This document shows positions 17,296-27,249 of a stretch of DNA of 64,000 nucleotides, one piece after another. The stretch is from an uncultured SAR86 cluster bacterium (GTDB taxonomy: Bacteria > Pseudomonadota > Gammaproteobacteria > Magnimaribacterales > D2472), in the NCBI GenBank assembly GCA_902594005.1, contig CACJKN010000003.1, positions 7,219 to 71,218 on the forward strand, read 5' to 3'. Both the position numbers and the translations under genes were made by a program. Each line of letters begins with the position of its first letter. The first letter of the stretch is position 1. Below the pieces are notes generated by a model. The model had not been told where the DNA came from, ran no database searches, and saw only the letters and a program-made list of their open reading frames with translations.

Positions 17296-19578
17296 TTAAA
17301 TTGATTGAGATTCTTCTTTCCTATCAAATACCTCAATCTTATCTCCCTCTCGAATATCTTTATAATTTTTGATACCCATTCCGCATTCTGTTCCATTCTT
17401 GACTTCATTAACGTCATCTTTAAATCTTCTTAAAGAATCCAGCTCACCCTGGAAAATTACTATATCATCTCTAAGAACTCTTACCGGCTTATTCCTAAGA
17501 ACAGTCCCCTCTACAACAATACAACCCGCAACTTGACCAAATTTTGGTGAATTGAATACTTCAAGAACGTCAGCTGTTCCAACTATCTCTTCTCTAATAA
17601 TTGGGTCAAGTAATCCGCTTAATTTTGCTTTCGCATCATCAATTAATTCATAAATAATGCTGTAGTAAGTTAAGTCAATTCCTTCTTTTTCAATTATCTT
17701 TTTTGCTGCATTGTCAGCACGAACATTGAAACCAACAATGCTTGAGTTAGTAGTAATTGCTAAATTTGCATCAGATTCTGTAATACCACCAACTCCAGAG
17801 GCAACAATTTTAATTGAAACCTCATCATTTCCTATTTTAGAAAGAGAAGCATTTATAGCTTCTGCAGTTCCTGCAACATCAGTTTTAATTATTAGGTTTA
17901 GAAACTTCATCGAAGCTTGGCCCATTGATTCAAATATATCTCCCATGCTGTCATCTTTTTGTTTAATTTGTTTCTTTTCTTTTTGCTTACTATCTCTAAA
18001 ATCTATAACTTCTCTTGCAGCTTTTTCATTTTTAACAACTTGGAAAGAGCTTCCCGCATTCGGAGCAGCATCAAGACCAAGAACTTCAACAGCCGATGAT
18101 GGTCCAGCTTGCTTAATCTTTTCTCCAGACGAATTAGAAATTGCCTTTACCTTACCCATAGACATATCACTGATCACTACATCGCCAACCTTCAAACAAC
18201 CATTCTGAACTAAGAATGTTGAGACAGCTCCTTTAAATTTATCTAATTCAGACTCAATTACTACTCCCTGAGCATCTCCTTCGTGAAAAGCTTTAAGCTC
18301 AAGAATTTCAGCTTCAAGAGAAATTGCTTCAAGAAGCTTATCGACTCCATCACCATTTAAAGCTGAAACAGGAATCATTTGCACATTGCCACCCCAATCT
18401 TCTGGCACCAAATCTTTTGCTCCTAAATCTCCTTTTACCTTCTCAGCATCAGCACCCTGAAGATCCATTTTATTAATAGCAACTATTATTGAAACTTCAG
18501 CAGCTTTTGCATGATTTATAGCTTCTTCAGTTTGGGGCATGATGCTATCATTTGCAGCAACTACCAAAACAACAATATCAGTTGTATTTGCTCCTCTTGC
18601 CCTCATTGAAGAAAAAGCAGCATGTCCCGGCGTATCTATAAAAGTTATACTGCTGTCATTTGATTTTACTTCATAGGCGCCAATGTGCTGCGTTATACCT
18701 CCAGCTTCCGAGTCAACTACTTTAGCCTTCCTAATAAAATCTAAAAGTGTTGTTTTCCCATGGTCTACATGACCCATTACAGTCACAACAGGAGATCTTT
18801 TTTTCTCATTACCATCATATGTAATTCGATTTAATAATTCTTCTTCAACATCATCTGAAGCTTTTGCAATGCTATTATGACCAATTTCTTCTACAGCCAA
18901 TATTGCTGTTTCTTGATCTAAAATATCATTAATAGTTGCAGAAACTCCTAAACCCATTAAAGTTTTTACAAGCTCTCCGCCTTTAATTGCCATCAATTTT
19001 GCTAATTCTCCAACTTGAATAGATTCCGGTATCTCAATATCTTTTTTGATAAATTCTTGAGGCTTTTCAAACTTATGCCTTGAATCATCGATATTCATTC
19101 CATCGCTTTCTGCATACTTCTCTGCTGCTTTAGAAAGCTCTTCTTTGACATCCTTAGGTTTATAAGTAGCTTTGATATTTTCTTTGTTTTTCTGATCTGC
19201 TTTGAATCTTGCTTCTCTTTTGGAGGCAGCTTCTTTGAGCTGTTCTTGTCTTTTTTCTTGTTCAGCTTTCAAGGCTTCTGAGGCAGCTTGTCTTTTCGCC
19301 TCAATATTGTCCGAATAGCTCTTAATTTCATTTGAACCAGCTACACCTTTTCCACCTTTCGATTTAACTTTAATACCAACTCCAGATGATGAGGATATTG
19401 ATGATGAGGTTTGTTTTTGTTTCTGCTTTAAAGATCTTAGAAGAATTTGTTTGTGAGCTGTAGTTACTTCGTCTGTTGCATTGTTGTGAGACAATCCAGC
19501 AGATGACATTCTTTTAAGTAATGCCTCCTCAGAAATCTTAAGAGTTTTTGCAAAATCTTTAACAGTTGTTTTTGCCAT
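17296..19578 (-). CDS. infB: Translation initiation factor IF-2
   Basis: G-domain motifs VMGHVDHGKTTLLD, DTPGHAAF and NKMD. The N-terminal region is low-complexity and Lys/Glu-rich. It lies downstream of nusA. Confidence 0.97.
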   Translation of the reverse strand: MAKTTVKDFAKTLKISEEALLKRMSSAGLSHNNATDEVTTAHKQILLRSLKQKQKQTSSSISSSSGVGIKVKSKGGKGVAGSNEIKSYSDNIEAKRQAASEALKAEQEKRQEQLKEAASKREARFKADQKNKENIKATYKPKDVKEELSKAAEKYAESDGMNIDDSRHKFEKPQEFIKKDIEIPESIQVGELAKLMAIKGGELVKTLMGLGVSATINDILDQETAILAVEEIGHNSIAKASDDVEEELLNRITYDGNEKKRSPVVTVMGHVDHGKTTLLDFIRKAKVVDSEAGGITQHIGAYEVKSNDSSITFIDTPGHAAFSSMRARGANTTDIVVLVVAANDSIMPQTEEAINHAKAAEVSIIVAINKMDLQGADAEKVKGDLGAKDLVPEDWGGNVQMIPVSALNGDGVDKLLEAISLEAEILELKAFHEGDAQGVVIESELDKFKGAVSTFLVQNGCLKVGDVVISDMSMGKVKAISNSSGEKIKQAGPSSAVEVLGLDAAPNAGSSFQVVKNEKAAREVIDFRDSKQKEKKQIKQKDDSMGDIFESMGQASMKFLNLIIKTDVAGTAEAINASLSKIGNDEVSIKIVASGVGGITESDANLAITTNSSIVGFNVRADNAAKKIIEKEGIDLTYYSIIYELIDDAKAKLSGLLDPIIREEIVGTADVLEVFNSPKFGQVAGCIVVEGTVLRNKPVRVLRDDIVIFQGELDSLRRFKDDVNEVKNGTECGMGIKNYKDIREGDKIEVFDRKEESQSI

Positions 19579-19581
19579 CTT

Positions 19582-21042
19582 TTACTTAAACCAATGCTCC
19601 CTTGCTTTCATAATCATTTCTGAAGCAATTTCCTCAGTAATATCAATTATTTCCATTAATTCGTCTGTAGCAAGTTCAGCTAAATCATCCTTGTTTTTGA
19701 TGCCAGATTTGCTCAATGCATTGACTTGTTCCTCACTTAGCTCTAAGTCAGTTAATGACTCTTGATCTTGCTCATCCTTCTCAACTTCGCTCATTGCCTC
19801 TAGGAGAGCTGCATCTTCAGCAGCACTCTTTACTCTTTGTATTTCTTCTTCCTCTTCAAAGATACTTAAAAGTTTTTTCTTGGAAGCATATGCAATATCA
19901 TCAAAACTTTTTAATCCAAGATCAATAATCGATTCTGCTAATTCTTCACTTATTTCAAGACTAGCTACAAGCTTTCCAAGGAATTCAGTCTCATCAACTT
20001 TCTCTTTAGCCTCCGCTTCTTCGCTACTTATAATATTTAAGTCCCAACCCGAAAGTTTTGAAGCTAATCTTATATTTTGACCTCTTGATCCAATTGCCAG
20101 TGCAAGATTTTCTTGGTTAACAGCAATCTCCATAGATTTTGATGTTTCATCTAAAACTATTGATTCAATCTTAGCTGGTGCTAAAGAATTAATTACTAAT
20201 TGAGCAGGATTATCATCAAAAATTACAATATCTATTCTTTCATTTCCAAGCTCTCCAGAGACTGCCTGAACTCTTGATCCTCTCATTCCAACACAAGCAC
20301 CTACAGGATCAATTCTTCCATCATTAGTTTTAACGGCTATTTTTGATCTAGATCCTGGATCTCTGGCTACTCCTCGAATTTCTATTACATCTTCATTCAC
20401 TTCGGGCACTTCTATCCTAAAAAGCTCCGTAACCATTTCTGAGCAAATCCTACTTAACATTAATTGAAGGCCTCTACCTTCAATCTCTTTAATTTGCAAA
20501 ACAGCCCTAACCCTGTCATTAATTTTAAAGATTTCTCCAGGTAAAATCTGATCTCTAGGAAGAATAGCTTCAGCATCCTGACCTAAGTCTATAATGATGT
20601 TATCTCTTGTAACCCTTTTAACAAATCCAGATACTAAACAATTGTCACTTGCTTTAAATTTTGAGACGATGAGTTCTTTTTCAGCCTCTCTAACTTTTTG
20701 AAGCATGACCTGTCTGGCTGCTTGAGTTTCAATCCTACCAAACTCAACATTATCGACCTGCACAAAATAAAGTTCTCCAATCTCCATGGAAGATTCAGAG
20801 GGCGATATATGAGACTCCCTATGAAACTCTTCATCATTTTCATCAAGTACTTCCCATTGTCTTTTTGTTACAAATTCTCCAGATCCTCTATCTACTTCAA
20901 CAACTAATTGAGCATCCTCATGAAAATGTCTTTGTGAAGCAGATGCAATTGCTAACTCCATAGCAACAAAAATTACATCTTTCTCAAGACCCTTCTCTGA
21001 GGAGACAGAATCTACAACAGCTAAAATTTCTTTACCTTCCAT
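19582..21042 (-). CDS. nusA: Transcription termination/antitermination factor NusA
   Basis: S1 and KH domains (GACVGMRGSRVQAVSGELGNERIDI) and an acidic C-terminal repeat region. rimP-nusA-infB order is conserved. Confidence 0.96.
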   Translation of the reverse strand: MEGKEILAVVDSVSSEKGLEKDVIFVAMELAIASASQRHFHEDAQLVVEVDRGSGEFVTKRQWEVLDENDEEFHRESHISPSESSMEIGELYFVQVDNVEFGRIETQAARQVMLQKVREAEKELIVSKFKASDNCLVSGFVKRVTRDNIIIDLGQDAEAILPRDQILPGEIFKINDRVRAVLQIKEIEGRGLQLMLSRICSEMVTELFRIEVPEVNEDVIEIRGVARDPGSRSKIAVKTNDGRIDPVGACVGMRGSRVQAVSGELGNERIDIVIFDDNPAQLVINSLAPAKIESIVLDETSKSMEIAVNQENLALAIGSRGQNIRLASKLSGWDLNIISSEEAEAKEKVDETEFLGKLVASLEISEELAESIIDLGLKSFDDIAYASKKKLLSIFEEEEEIQRVKSAAEDAALLEAMSEVEKDEQDQESLTDLELSEEQVNALSKSGIKNKDDLAELATDELMEIIDITEEIASEMIMKAREHWFK

Positions 21043-21511
21043 TTTTTTCCCTCAAAATTTCTTTGTAATTCGGCATTAATTTGCACATATCTATTATTCC
21101 AAAGTCGATAGTTAGTTCTTCTTTTCCTAAATTTAGTTCAAGAGAATTATCTTCAACTGACTTTAAAATGGCTTTAAATGTTTTTTTATCATTAATCTTA
21201 TCTTTCAACTTTATTTTTAAAGTTTTTCCAACAAAATCATTCAATTGATAACTATAAAAGAATTTTCTATCTAGGCCTGGCGTTGAAACTTCTAGGATAT
21301 AATCATCTATAAAATCTGAATCAACTGAAAGTTCAAGATTTAAATCTCTAGAAATGTTTTCACAATCATCAATAGTGGCACCATTTATAGCATCTATAAA
21401 AACTCTTAAAGTGGGGATATTCTTTCCTTGTGAAATTTCTAAACCCCAAAAATCACAGCCATGATCTTTTATAATAGGATCAATAATTTCTTTTATTTTT
21501 TCTTTTTCCAT
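21032..21511 (-). CDS. rimP: Ribosome maturation factor RimP
   Basis: Motif LEVSTPGLDRKF. The start is set at ATG 21511 (MEKEKIKEII). The longer ORF to 21547 would cover the hairpin that follows the initiator tRNA. Confidence 0.88.
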   Translation of the reverse strand: MEKEKIKEIIDPIIKDHGCDFWGLEISQGKNIPTLRVFIDAINGATIDDCENISRDLNLELSVDSDFIDDYILEVSTPGLDRKFFYSYQLNDFVGKTLKIKLKDKINDKKTFKAILKSVEDNSLELNLGKEELTIDFGIIDMCKLMPNYKEILREKNGR

Positions 21512-21520
21512 ATTCCATAT

Positions 21521-21544
21521 ACAAAAACAGGGCATATGCCCCAT
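21521..21544 (-). terminator. Terminator/attenuator-like hairpin between initiator tRNA and rimP
   Basis: The minus strand reads AUGGGGC-AUAU-GCCCUGU followed by UUUUGU. This is a GC-rich palindrome (GGGCATATGCCC) in an otherwise AT-rich spacer. The position matches the partial terminator I recall after metY in the E. coli operon. Confidence 0.4.
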
Positions 21545-21564
21545 CAAAAATTCTAATTTTTGAC

Positions 21565-21641
<77 letters not shown>

Positions 21642-21658
21642 ACGCAGCGAAAGTGAAG

Positions 21659-21686
21659 TTTATAGAAATGATAGCCAGTTGGTCAA
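21659..21686 (-). promoter_or_regulatory. Sigma70-type promoter for the metY-rimP-nusA-infB operon
   Basis: The minus strand reads TTGACC, a 16-nt spacer, then TATAAA. The -10 element ends 17 nt before tRNA position 1. Confidence 0.55.
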
Positions 21687-21742
21687 GGCATATCAAATTT
21701 TTTTTATTTAAATATTTTGAGTTATGATATGTTTTTTTTAAA

Positions 21743-21829
21743 GCCGAAGTGGTGGAATTGGTAGACACGCTATCTTGAGGGGGTAGTGAGCGTATGCTTG
21801 TGCGGGTTCAAGTCCCGCCTTCGGCACCA
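21743..21829 (+). tRNA. leuU: tRNA-Leu (anticodon GAG), long variable arm
   Basis: 87 nt (GCCGAAGTGGTGGAATTGGTAGACACGCTATCTTGAGGGGGTAG..GGTTCAAGTCCCGCCTTCGGCACCA). The anticodon loop is TTGAGGG. It is adjacent to secG, like E. coli leuU, but on the opposite strand. Confidence 0.9.
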
Positions 21830-21832
21830 ACT

Positions 21833-22147
21833 CTATTCAGTAGGTAATGAGTCTAATTCGTCAACTTCTTCTAGAATTATTTCCTCTTCAGGGAAACTTA
21901 AGCTATCTTGCGTATTAAGATTCTTTAGGAGTACGGCCTGAGTCATAGCTAATATTAAGAAAAGTGTACCGACAATCCATGTCAGCCTTCCAAGTAGATT
22001 TGATGGTCCAAGAGCACCAAACATTGAATTAGAGGAGCCTCCACCAAATGCCGAACCTAGATCGGAGCCTTTACCTTGTTGAAGTATTACAAGAATTACA
22101 AGCAAAACTGCCAGAATAATACACAGAATTTGTACAAATAAAATCAT
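21833..22147 (-). CDS. secG: Preprotein translocase subunit SecG
   Basis: 104 aa with two TM segments flanking the Gly-rich loop GKGSDLGSAFGGGSSNSMFG. It lies downstream of tpiA. Confidence 0.9.
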   Translation of the reverse strand: MILFVQILCIILAVLLVILVILQQGKGSDLGSAFGGGSSNSMFGALGPSNLLGRLTWIVGTLFLILAMTQAVLLKNLNTQDSLSFPEEEIILEEVDELDSLPTE

Positions 22148-22150
22148 CTT

Positions 22151-22918
22151 TTAAAAAGTCTCCAAAAAATCATTATAAATATCTAAAAAATCTTTTCCAT
22201 TTAAGGAGGCTCCACCTATTAAAGCCCCATCAATATTTGTTTGTTGAAAAAAACTTTTAGCATTTTCACAATTTACACTGCCGCCATAAATAACACTAAT
22301 AGCTTCAATTTCAGCGATGGATTGTACTATATCTTTAATGTGTTGGTGAATATTATTCACCTCCTCTACAGTGGGTGTCTTTCCTGAACCAATAGCCCAA
22401 ACTGGCTCATAAGCTATTACAACAGTCTTTTTGGTAGATATTGATGTAAATATTTCTTTTAGCTGCATCTCCAGTACATCAAGAGTTTTACCTGCGTTAT
22501 AGTCTTCAAGAGATTCACCAATACAAACAACTGGCACAATTTTCTTCTCGAGACATATTCTTAGCTTTTCTGAAACAATGCTATTTGTTTCATTATAAAA
22601 CTCTCTTCTTTCTGAATGACCTAAAATTGAAAATGTACATCCTTTGTCAATTATCATATCCGCACTTATATCTCCCGTTTTAGTGCCATCATTAAATCTA
22701 GAGATATCTTGTGCGCCAAGAAACCCAAATTTAAAAAGGTTTTTGAGCTCAGTTAAGTGAGAAATTGGAGGGGCGATTCCCATAAACCTAAAGTAGGAAG
22801 ATTTGTTATCAAGATCTATTTGATCACTATTAGACATCATCTCGCTTTGAATCCAGCCCGAAATGCCTTCAGAGGGTATATTCATTTTCCAATTTGCAAT
22901 AACTAGAGGATGTGACAT
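22151..22918 (-). CDS. tpiA: Triosephosphate isomerase
   Basis: Motifs IANWKMN, ILGHSERR, AYEPVWAIGSGK and YGGSV. Confidence 0.95.
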   Translation of the reverse strand: MSHPLVIANWKMNIPSEGISGWIQSEMMSNSDQIDLDNKSSYFRFMGIAPPISHLTELKNLFKFGFLGAQDISRFNDGTKTGDISADMIIDKGCTFSILGHSERREFYNETNSIVSEKLRICLEKKIVPVVCIGESLEDYNAGKTLDVLEMQLKEIFTSISTKKTVVIAYEPVWAIGSGKTPTVEEVNNIHQHIKDIVQSIAEIEAISVIYGGSVNCENAKSFFQQTNIDGALIGGASLNGKDFLDIYNDFLETF

Positions 22919-22933
22919 TTTATTAAGGATATA

Positions 22934-24259
22934 TTAAGGAGTTTTAGACTCAAATAGCTTAATGAGATCGTTTGTATATTTTTTGGCTGTTTTTTTGTTT
23001 TCAGATTCAATCATTATTCTAATCTTATTTTCAGTACCTGATGGCCTTACAAGAATTCTATTTATTGTTAAATCTGACTTGATATCATTTATAGCTGTTT
23101 TTACTTCGGCATCACTCACAATATCTTTGTTTATAACGCTTATGGATTCATTTATTTGAGGAATCTTGTTGTAACAAGAAAGAACGTCTTTTGGGTCTTT
23201 CTCAAGCATAACTAGTGAACTAATTGTTTTTAACGCTGCTATAGTTCCATCACCTGTACTAACAAGGTCTCTGCAGATAATATGTCCGGAAGGCTCTCCC
23301 CCAAGAAGCCAACCCTCTTTTGATAATAAATCTGAAACATATTTATCGCCAACATCAGCCCTTTTGAAGTCATATCCTAATTCCTTGAGTCCATCTTCTA
23401 ATCCAACATTAGACATTTGAGTTCCAACTATGCCTGACCATGGTCCTAATCTATTTGGATTGGAAAAACCTAATATGTAAAGAATGTCATCTCCATCTAG
23501 AATATTTGATTCTCTATCTATAATGGTTACTCTATCAGCATCACCATCTAGTGACACTCCAAAGTCAGCTCTATGTTCTTTGACAAGTTTTTGAACAAGC
23601 TCAGGATTTGTCGAACCACAATCTTGATTGATATTGAATCCATCCGGTTGATCACCAACAACTATTGTCTCAGCTCCCAACTCACGAAAAACATCTGGAG
23701 AAACTTTATAAGATGCTCCATTTGCACAATCAAGGACAATTCTTAAGTCAGTAAAACTAATCTCATCAGGAACCGTTGATTTACAAAATTCAACATATCT
23801 TGGTCCAGATTCATCAAATCTTTTAGCTTTTCCAATTTCTACTGATGGCAATGAAGTAATTTTCTCATTTAAAATATTTTCAATCATCATCTCAATTTTT
23901 CTATCGATTTTTACGCCACTATTGTCAAAAATCTTAATTCCATTATCTTGATAATCATTATGAGACGCGCTTATGACAACGCCGCACTGATTTCTAAAAG
24001 ATTTAGTTAAATAGGCAACGCCTGGTGTTGGTAATGGGCCTAGAAGCCTCACATTCATCCCTACAGATAAGAATCCTGCTTGAAGTGCAGCTTCAAGCAT
24101 ATAACCTGACACTCTGGTGTCTTTTCCAATTAAAACTGTATCCCAGCCAAGTTCTTTAAAAACAATGCCAGCTGCATGACCAATGCGAAGGCATGCTTCA
24201 GGAGTCACTTTAGTTTCGACAGGCCCCCTGATTCCGTCGGTACCAAATTTAAGATTCAT
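22934..24259 (-). CDS. glmM: Phosphoglucosamine mutase
   Basis: Motifs FGTDGIRG, the active-site Ser loop SASHNDYQDNGIK, DGDADR and GGEPSGH. Confidence 0.96.
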   Translation of the reverse strand: MNLKFGTDGIRGPVETKVTPEACLRIGHAAGIVFKELGWDTVLIGKDTRVSGYMLEAALQAGFLSVGMNVRLLGPLPTPGVAYLTKSFRNQCGVVISASHNDYQDNGIKIFDNSGVKIDRKIEMMIENILNEKITSLPSVEIGKAKRFDESGPRYVEFCKSTVPDEISFTDLRIVLDCANGASYKVSPDVFRELGAETIVVGDQPDGFNINQDCGSTNPELVQKLVKEHRADFGVSLDGDADRVTIIDRESNILDGDDILYILGFSNPNRLGPWSGIVGTQMSNVGLEDGLKELGYDFKRADVGDKYVSDLLSKEGWLLGGEPSGHIICRDLVSTGDGTIAALKTISSLVMLEKDPKDVLSCYNKIPQINESISVINKDIVSDAEVKTAINDIKSDLTINRILVRPSGTENKIRIMIESENKKTAKKYTNDLIKLFESKTP

Positions 24260-24266
24260 AGATCTA

Positions 24267-26177
24267 TTATAACTCTTCTGCTGGTCCTTTTATTGAAGAT
24301 TCTTTTGTGCTCTTCTTAGGAGGCTCATCGTCATTATTCCAATCACTCGGCTCCCTTGGCTCTGCACCACTCATGATGTCATCAATTTGATGTTGGTCGA
24401 TTGTCTCATATTTCAAAAGTGCCTCAGCCATTGTGTGAAGTTTATCCATATTATCTTTCAAAATAGTTTCAGCCCTCTCGTAGCAAGAATTAATTATGTC
24501 TTTTATTTCACTATCAATGAGTTTCGAGGTCTCATCACTATAAGTTTTTGATGATTGAGATGCAGATCTACCCAAAAATGGACTTGAATCATCTTCTCCA
24601 AACTTAAGAGGCCCAACCTTGTCAGAAAGTCCCCATTTAGTAACCATGTTAGTGGCAATTCCTGTAGCAACTTCTATATCGTTTGAAGCTCCTGTAGTTA
24701 TATTTCTCTCCCCATTTATGAGCTGTTCAGCTATTCTGCCGCCATAAAGCGTACATATTCTGCTCAAAAGATACTCTTTACTTTGCATATATTTATCATC
24801 TTCAGGAAGGAACATGGTAACTCCCAGAGCTCTTCCACGAGGAATAATAGTTACTTTATAAACTGGATCATGTTCAGGAACAATCCTTCCAACAATAGCG
24901 TGTCCTGCTTCGTGATATGCAGTTAAACGTTTTTGCTCTTCCGTTAGAATCATTGATTTCCTTTCGGGTCCCATCATGATTTTATCTTTTGCAAGATCTA
25001 AGTGAGACTGCTCGACTTTTTTATCGCCATATCTTGCTGCAAATAAAGCTGCTTCGTTAATTAGGTTTGCTAAATCAGCACCAGAAAATCCCGGGGTTCC
25101 TCTAGCAATTGCTCTAAGGTCAACATTTTTATCAAGAGGAACTTTTCGAACATGAACCTTTAAGATTTGTTCTCTTCCTCTAATATCAGGCATATCAACA
25201 ACAACTTGTCTATCAAATCTTCCAGGTCGCAATAGTGCTGGATCTAGAACATCTGGTCTATTTGTTGCTGCAACAATGATAATTCCATCATTAGCCTCAA
25301 AACCATCCATTTCTACAAGAAGCTGATTTAAGGTCTGCTCTCTCTCATCATGCCCTCCACCAAGACCTGCTCCTCTATGCCTTCCAACGGCATCTATTTC
25401 ATCAATGAATACAATACATGGAGAATTCTTTTTTGCTTGGTCAAACATATCCCTTACTCTTGAGGCGCCAACACCAACAAACATTTCAACAAAATCAGAA
25501 CCGGAAATACTAAAGAAAGGAACTCTAGCCTCACCTGCAGTAGCTCTGGCAAGAAGAGTCTTACCAGTGCCTGGAGGACCCACCATCAAAACACCTCTTG
25601 GTATCTTTCCACCAACTTTTTGGAATCTTGTTGGGTCTTTTAAATAATCTACTAGCTCCTGAACATCTTGTTTTGCTTCCTCACACCCAGCAACATCTTT
25701 AAATGTAGTCTTAACCTTTCCGCCTTCCATTAACTTAGCTTTACTTTTTCCAAAAGACATTGGTCCACCTCTTCCGGACATGCTTCCTTGCATTTGTCTC
25801 ATGAAAAAGAAAAATATCGCAAGCAACAGTATTATCGGAAAAGCACCAACTAATAATTGTGACCACACCGATGGCTGTTCAACTTCTTCATATGAAGTGA
25901 TTACGCCATTTTCCTGAAGCGCTGCATCTAAAACAGGATCAGACTTATAAATAGGATGATTAGTTTTGAATTTGGAACCATCTAATCTCTGACCAAAAAT
26001 TGTCATTTGGTCACCTTTATAAGTTACCTCAGATACTCTGTCAGACAGAACTTCCTGTTTAAATTGACTATAAGAGATAGTTTCTCTAGGAGCTGAAGGT
26101 TCAACATTATTAAATACTAAAAAAATAATAGAACCTAAAACCAGCCAAACAAAAATATTTTTTAAAAAATCATTCAT
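24267..26177 (-). CDS. ftsH: ATP-dependent zinc metalloprotease FtsH
   Basis: N-terminal TM segment, Walker [17 protein letters not shown], the SRH region and the zinc site HEAGHA. Confidence 0.98.
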   Translation of the reverse strand: MNDFLKNIFVWLVLGSIIFLVFNNVEPSAPRETISYSQFKQEVLSDRVSEVTYKGDQMTIFGQRLDGSKFKTNHPIYKSDPVLDAALQENGVITSYEEVEQPSVWSQLLVGAFPIILLLAIFFFFMRQMQGSMSGRGGPMSFGKSKAKLMEGGKVKTTFKDVAGCEEAKQDVQELVDYLKDPTRFQKVGGKIPRGVLMVGPPGTGKTLLARATAGEARVPFFSISGSDFVEMFVGVGASRVRDMFDQAKKNSPCIVFIDEIDAVGRHRGAGLGGGHDEREQTLNQLLVEMDGFEANDGIIIVAATNRPDVLDPALLRPGRFDRQVVVDMPDIRGREQILKVHVRKVPLDKNVDLRAIARGTPGFSGADLANLINEAALFAARYGDKKVEQSHLDLAKDKIMMGPERKSMILTEEQKRLTAYHEAGHAIVGRIVPEHDPVYKVTIIPRGRALGVTMFLPEDDKYMQSKEYLLSRICTLYGGRIAEQLINGERNITTGASNDIEVATGIATNMVTKWGLSDKVGPLKFGEDDSSPFLGRSASQSSKTYSDETSKLIDSEIKDIINSCYERAETILKDNMDKLHTMAEALLKYETIDQHQIDDIMSGAEPREPSDWNNDDEPPKKSTKESSIKGPAEEL

Positions 26178-26179
26178 AA

Positions 26180-26743
26180 TTACTTAATACCGTATAAATA
26201 TATCTCTTTTGACTGCTTCTTGGAAGCAGCGGGTTTAGCAGTTTGGACTATTTTTAAATCTTTTTCCATTTCTTTCCTAAATTTCTTCAGATTTGAGTTT
26301 TGAAAGGTTTTAACAATAAATACACCGTTTCTATCTAAAAAATTAGTTGCTCCCTCTAAAGTAAGCAAATTAAGCTCAAGTATATTTTCTTCATCAATAC
26401 TGCTTATACCTGTTAAATTTGGGGCTAAATCAGAAATCACAAGACTAAATTTATTTTTTAAACCGCTTAATAGATCTATTTTTTCAATATTTCGTAAATC
26501 CTCTTGTATGAACTTCACTCCTTTAATTTTTTTCATTTCAAGAATATCAATGGCAAATATTTCTGCGCTTGGATATTTATTTGCTAAATAATGAGACCAT
26601 CCACCTGGAGCAGCTCCAATATCAAGAATTAGATTTGGATTTTTAATTTGTTTTATTTTTTCAGTTATTTGAATTAACTTGAATACAGCTCTTGATCTGT
26701 ATCCTAAAGATTTTGCTTTTTGGGCCCAATTATCAGCATGCAT
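26180..26743 (-). CDS. rlmE: 23S rRNA (uridine2552-2'-O)-methyltransferase
   Basis: Motifs RSRAVFKL and [10 protein letters not shown]. It lies upstream of ftsH, as in the E. coli ftsJ-ftsH pair. Confidence 0.92.
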   Translation of the reverse strand: MHADNWAQKAKSLGYRSRAVFKLIQITEKIKQIKNPNLILDIGAAPGGWSHYLANKYPSAEIFAIDILEMKKIKGVKFIQEDLRNIEKIDLLSGLKNKFSLVISDLAPNLTGISSIDEENILELNLLTLEGATNFLDRNGVFIVKTFQNSNLKKFRKEMEKDLKIVQTAKPAASKKQSKEIYLYGIK

Positions 26744-26746
26744 GAA

Positions 26747-27223
26747 TTAAATATGCTCTACTTCCTCTATCTCAAAATTGAGCTTTCCAGATGGTGTTTC
26801 AATGCTGACTTCATCACCGATAGACTTACCTATTAAGCCCTTTCCAATAGGCGTCTCAATTGAGATCATGCCATTAGCCGGATCTGATTCAAGATTTCCT
26901 ACAATTCGATAAGAGATTGTCTCATCAGTGTCTAAGTTATAGAGCTTAATAGTTGCTCCGAAAACAACTTTTCCAGTCTTAGGAAGTTCTTTAACATCAA
27001 TTACCTGTGCATTCGACAATGCATGCTCAAGCTCATTGATTTTAGCCTCAGTTAATCCCTGTTGCTCTTTAGCAGCATGATATTCAGCATTTTCTTTTAA
27101 ATCTCCATGCGCCCTGGCCTCTGCAATAGCTTCTGAAATTTGAGGCCTATCAACAAACTTTAACTTTGTTAGTCTCTCTTTTAGAAGTATTTCTCCCTCT
27201 TTTGTTAGTGGTACCTTAGACAT
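26747..27223 (-). CDS. greA: Transcription elongation factor GreA
   Basis: 158 aa with a coiled-coil N-terminus containing GDLKENAEYHAAKE and a Gre C-terminal domain. Confidence 0.95.
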   Translation of the reverse strand: MSKVPLTKEGEILLKERLTKLKFVDRPQISEAIAEARAHGDLKENAEYHAAKEQQGLTEAKINELEHALSNAQVIDVKELPKTGKVVFGATIKLYNLDTDETISYRIVGNLESDPANGMISIETPIGKGLIGKSIGDEVSIETPSGKLNFEIEEVEHI

Positions 27224-27249
27224 AGCTTAATTATATCAACATGTGGTGA

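Noticed and set aside
21512-21547. A 12-codon extension of rimP (MMGHMPCFCIWN).
   Set aside because: It would cover the GC-rich hairpin and U-tract that follow the initiator tRNA. The RimP-like sequence begins at MEKEKIKEII.
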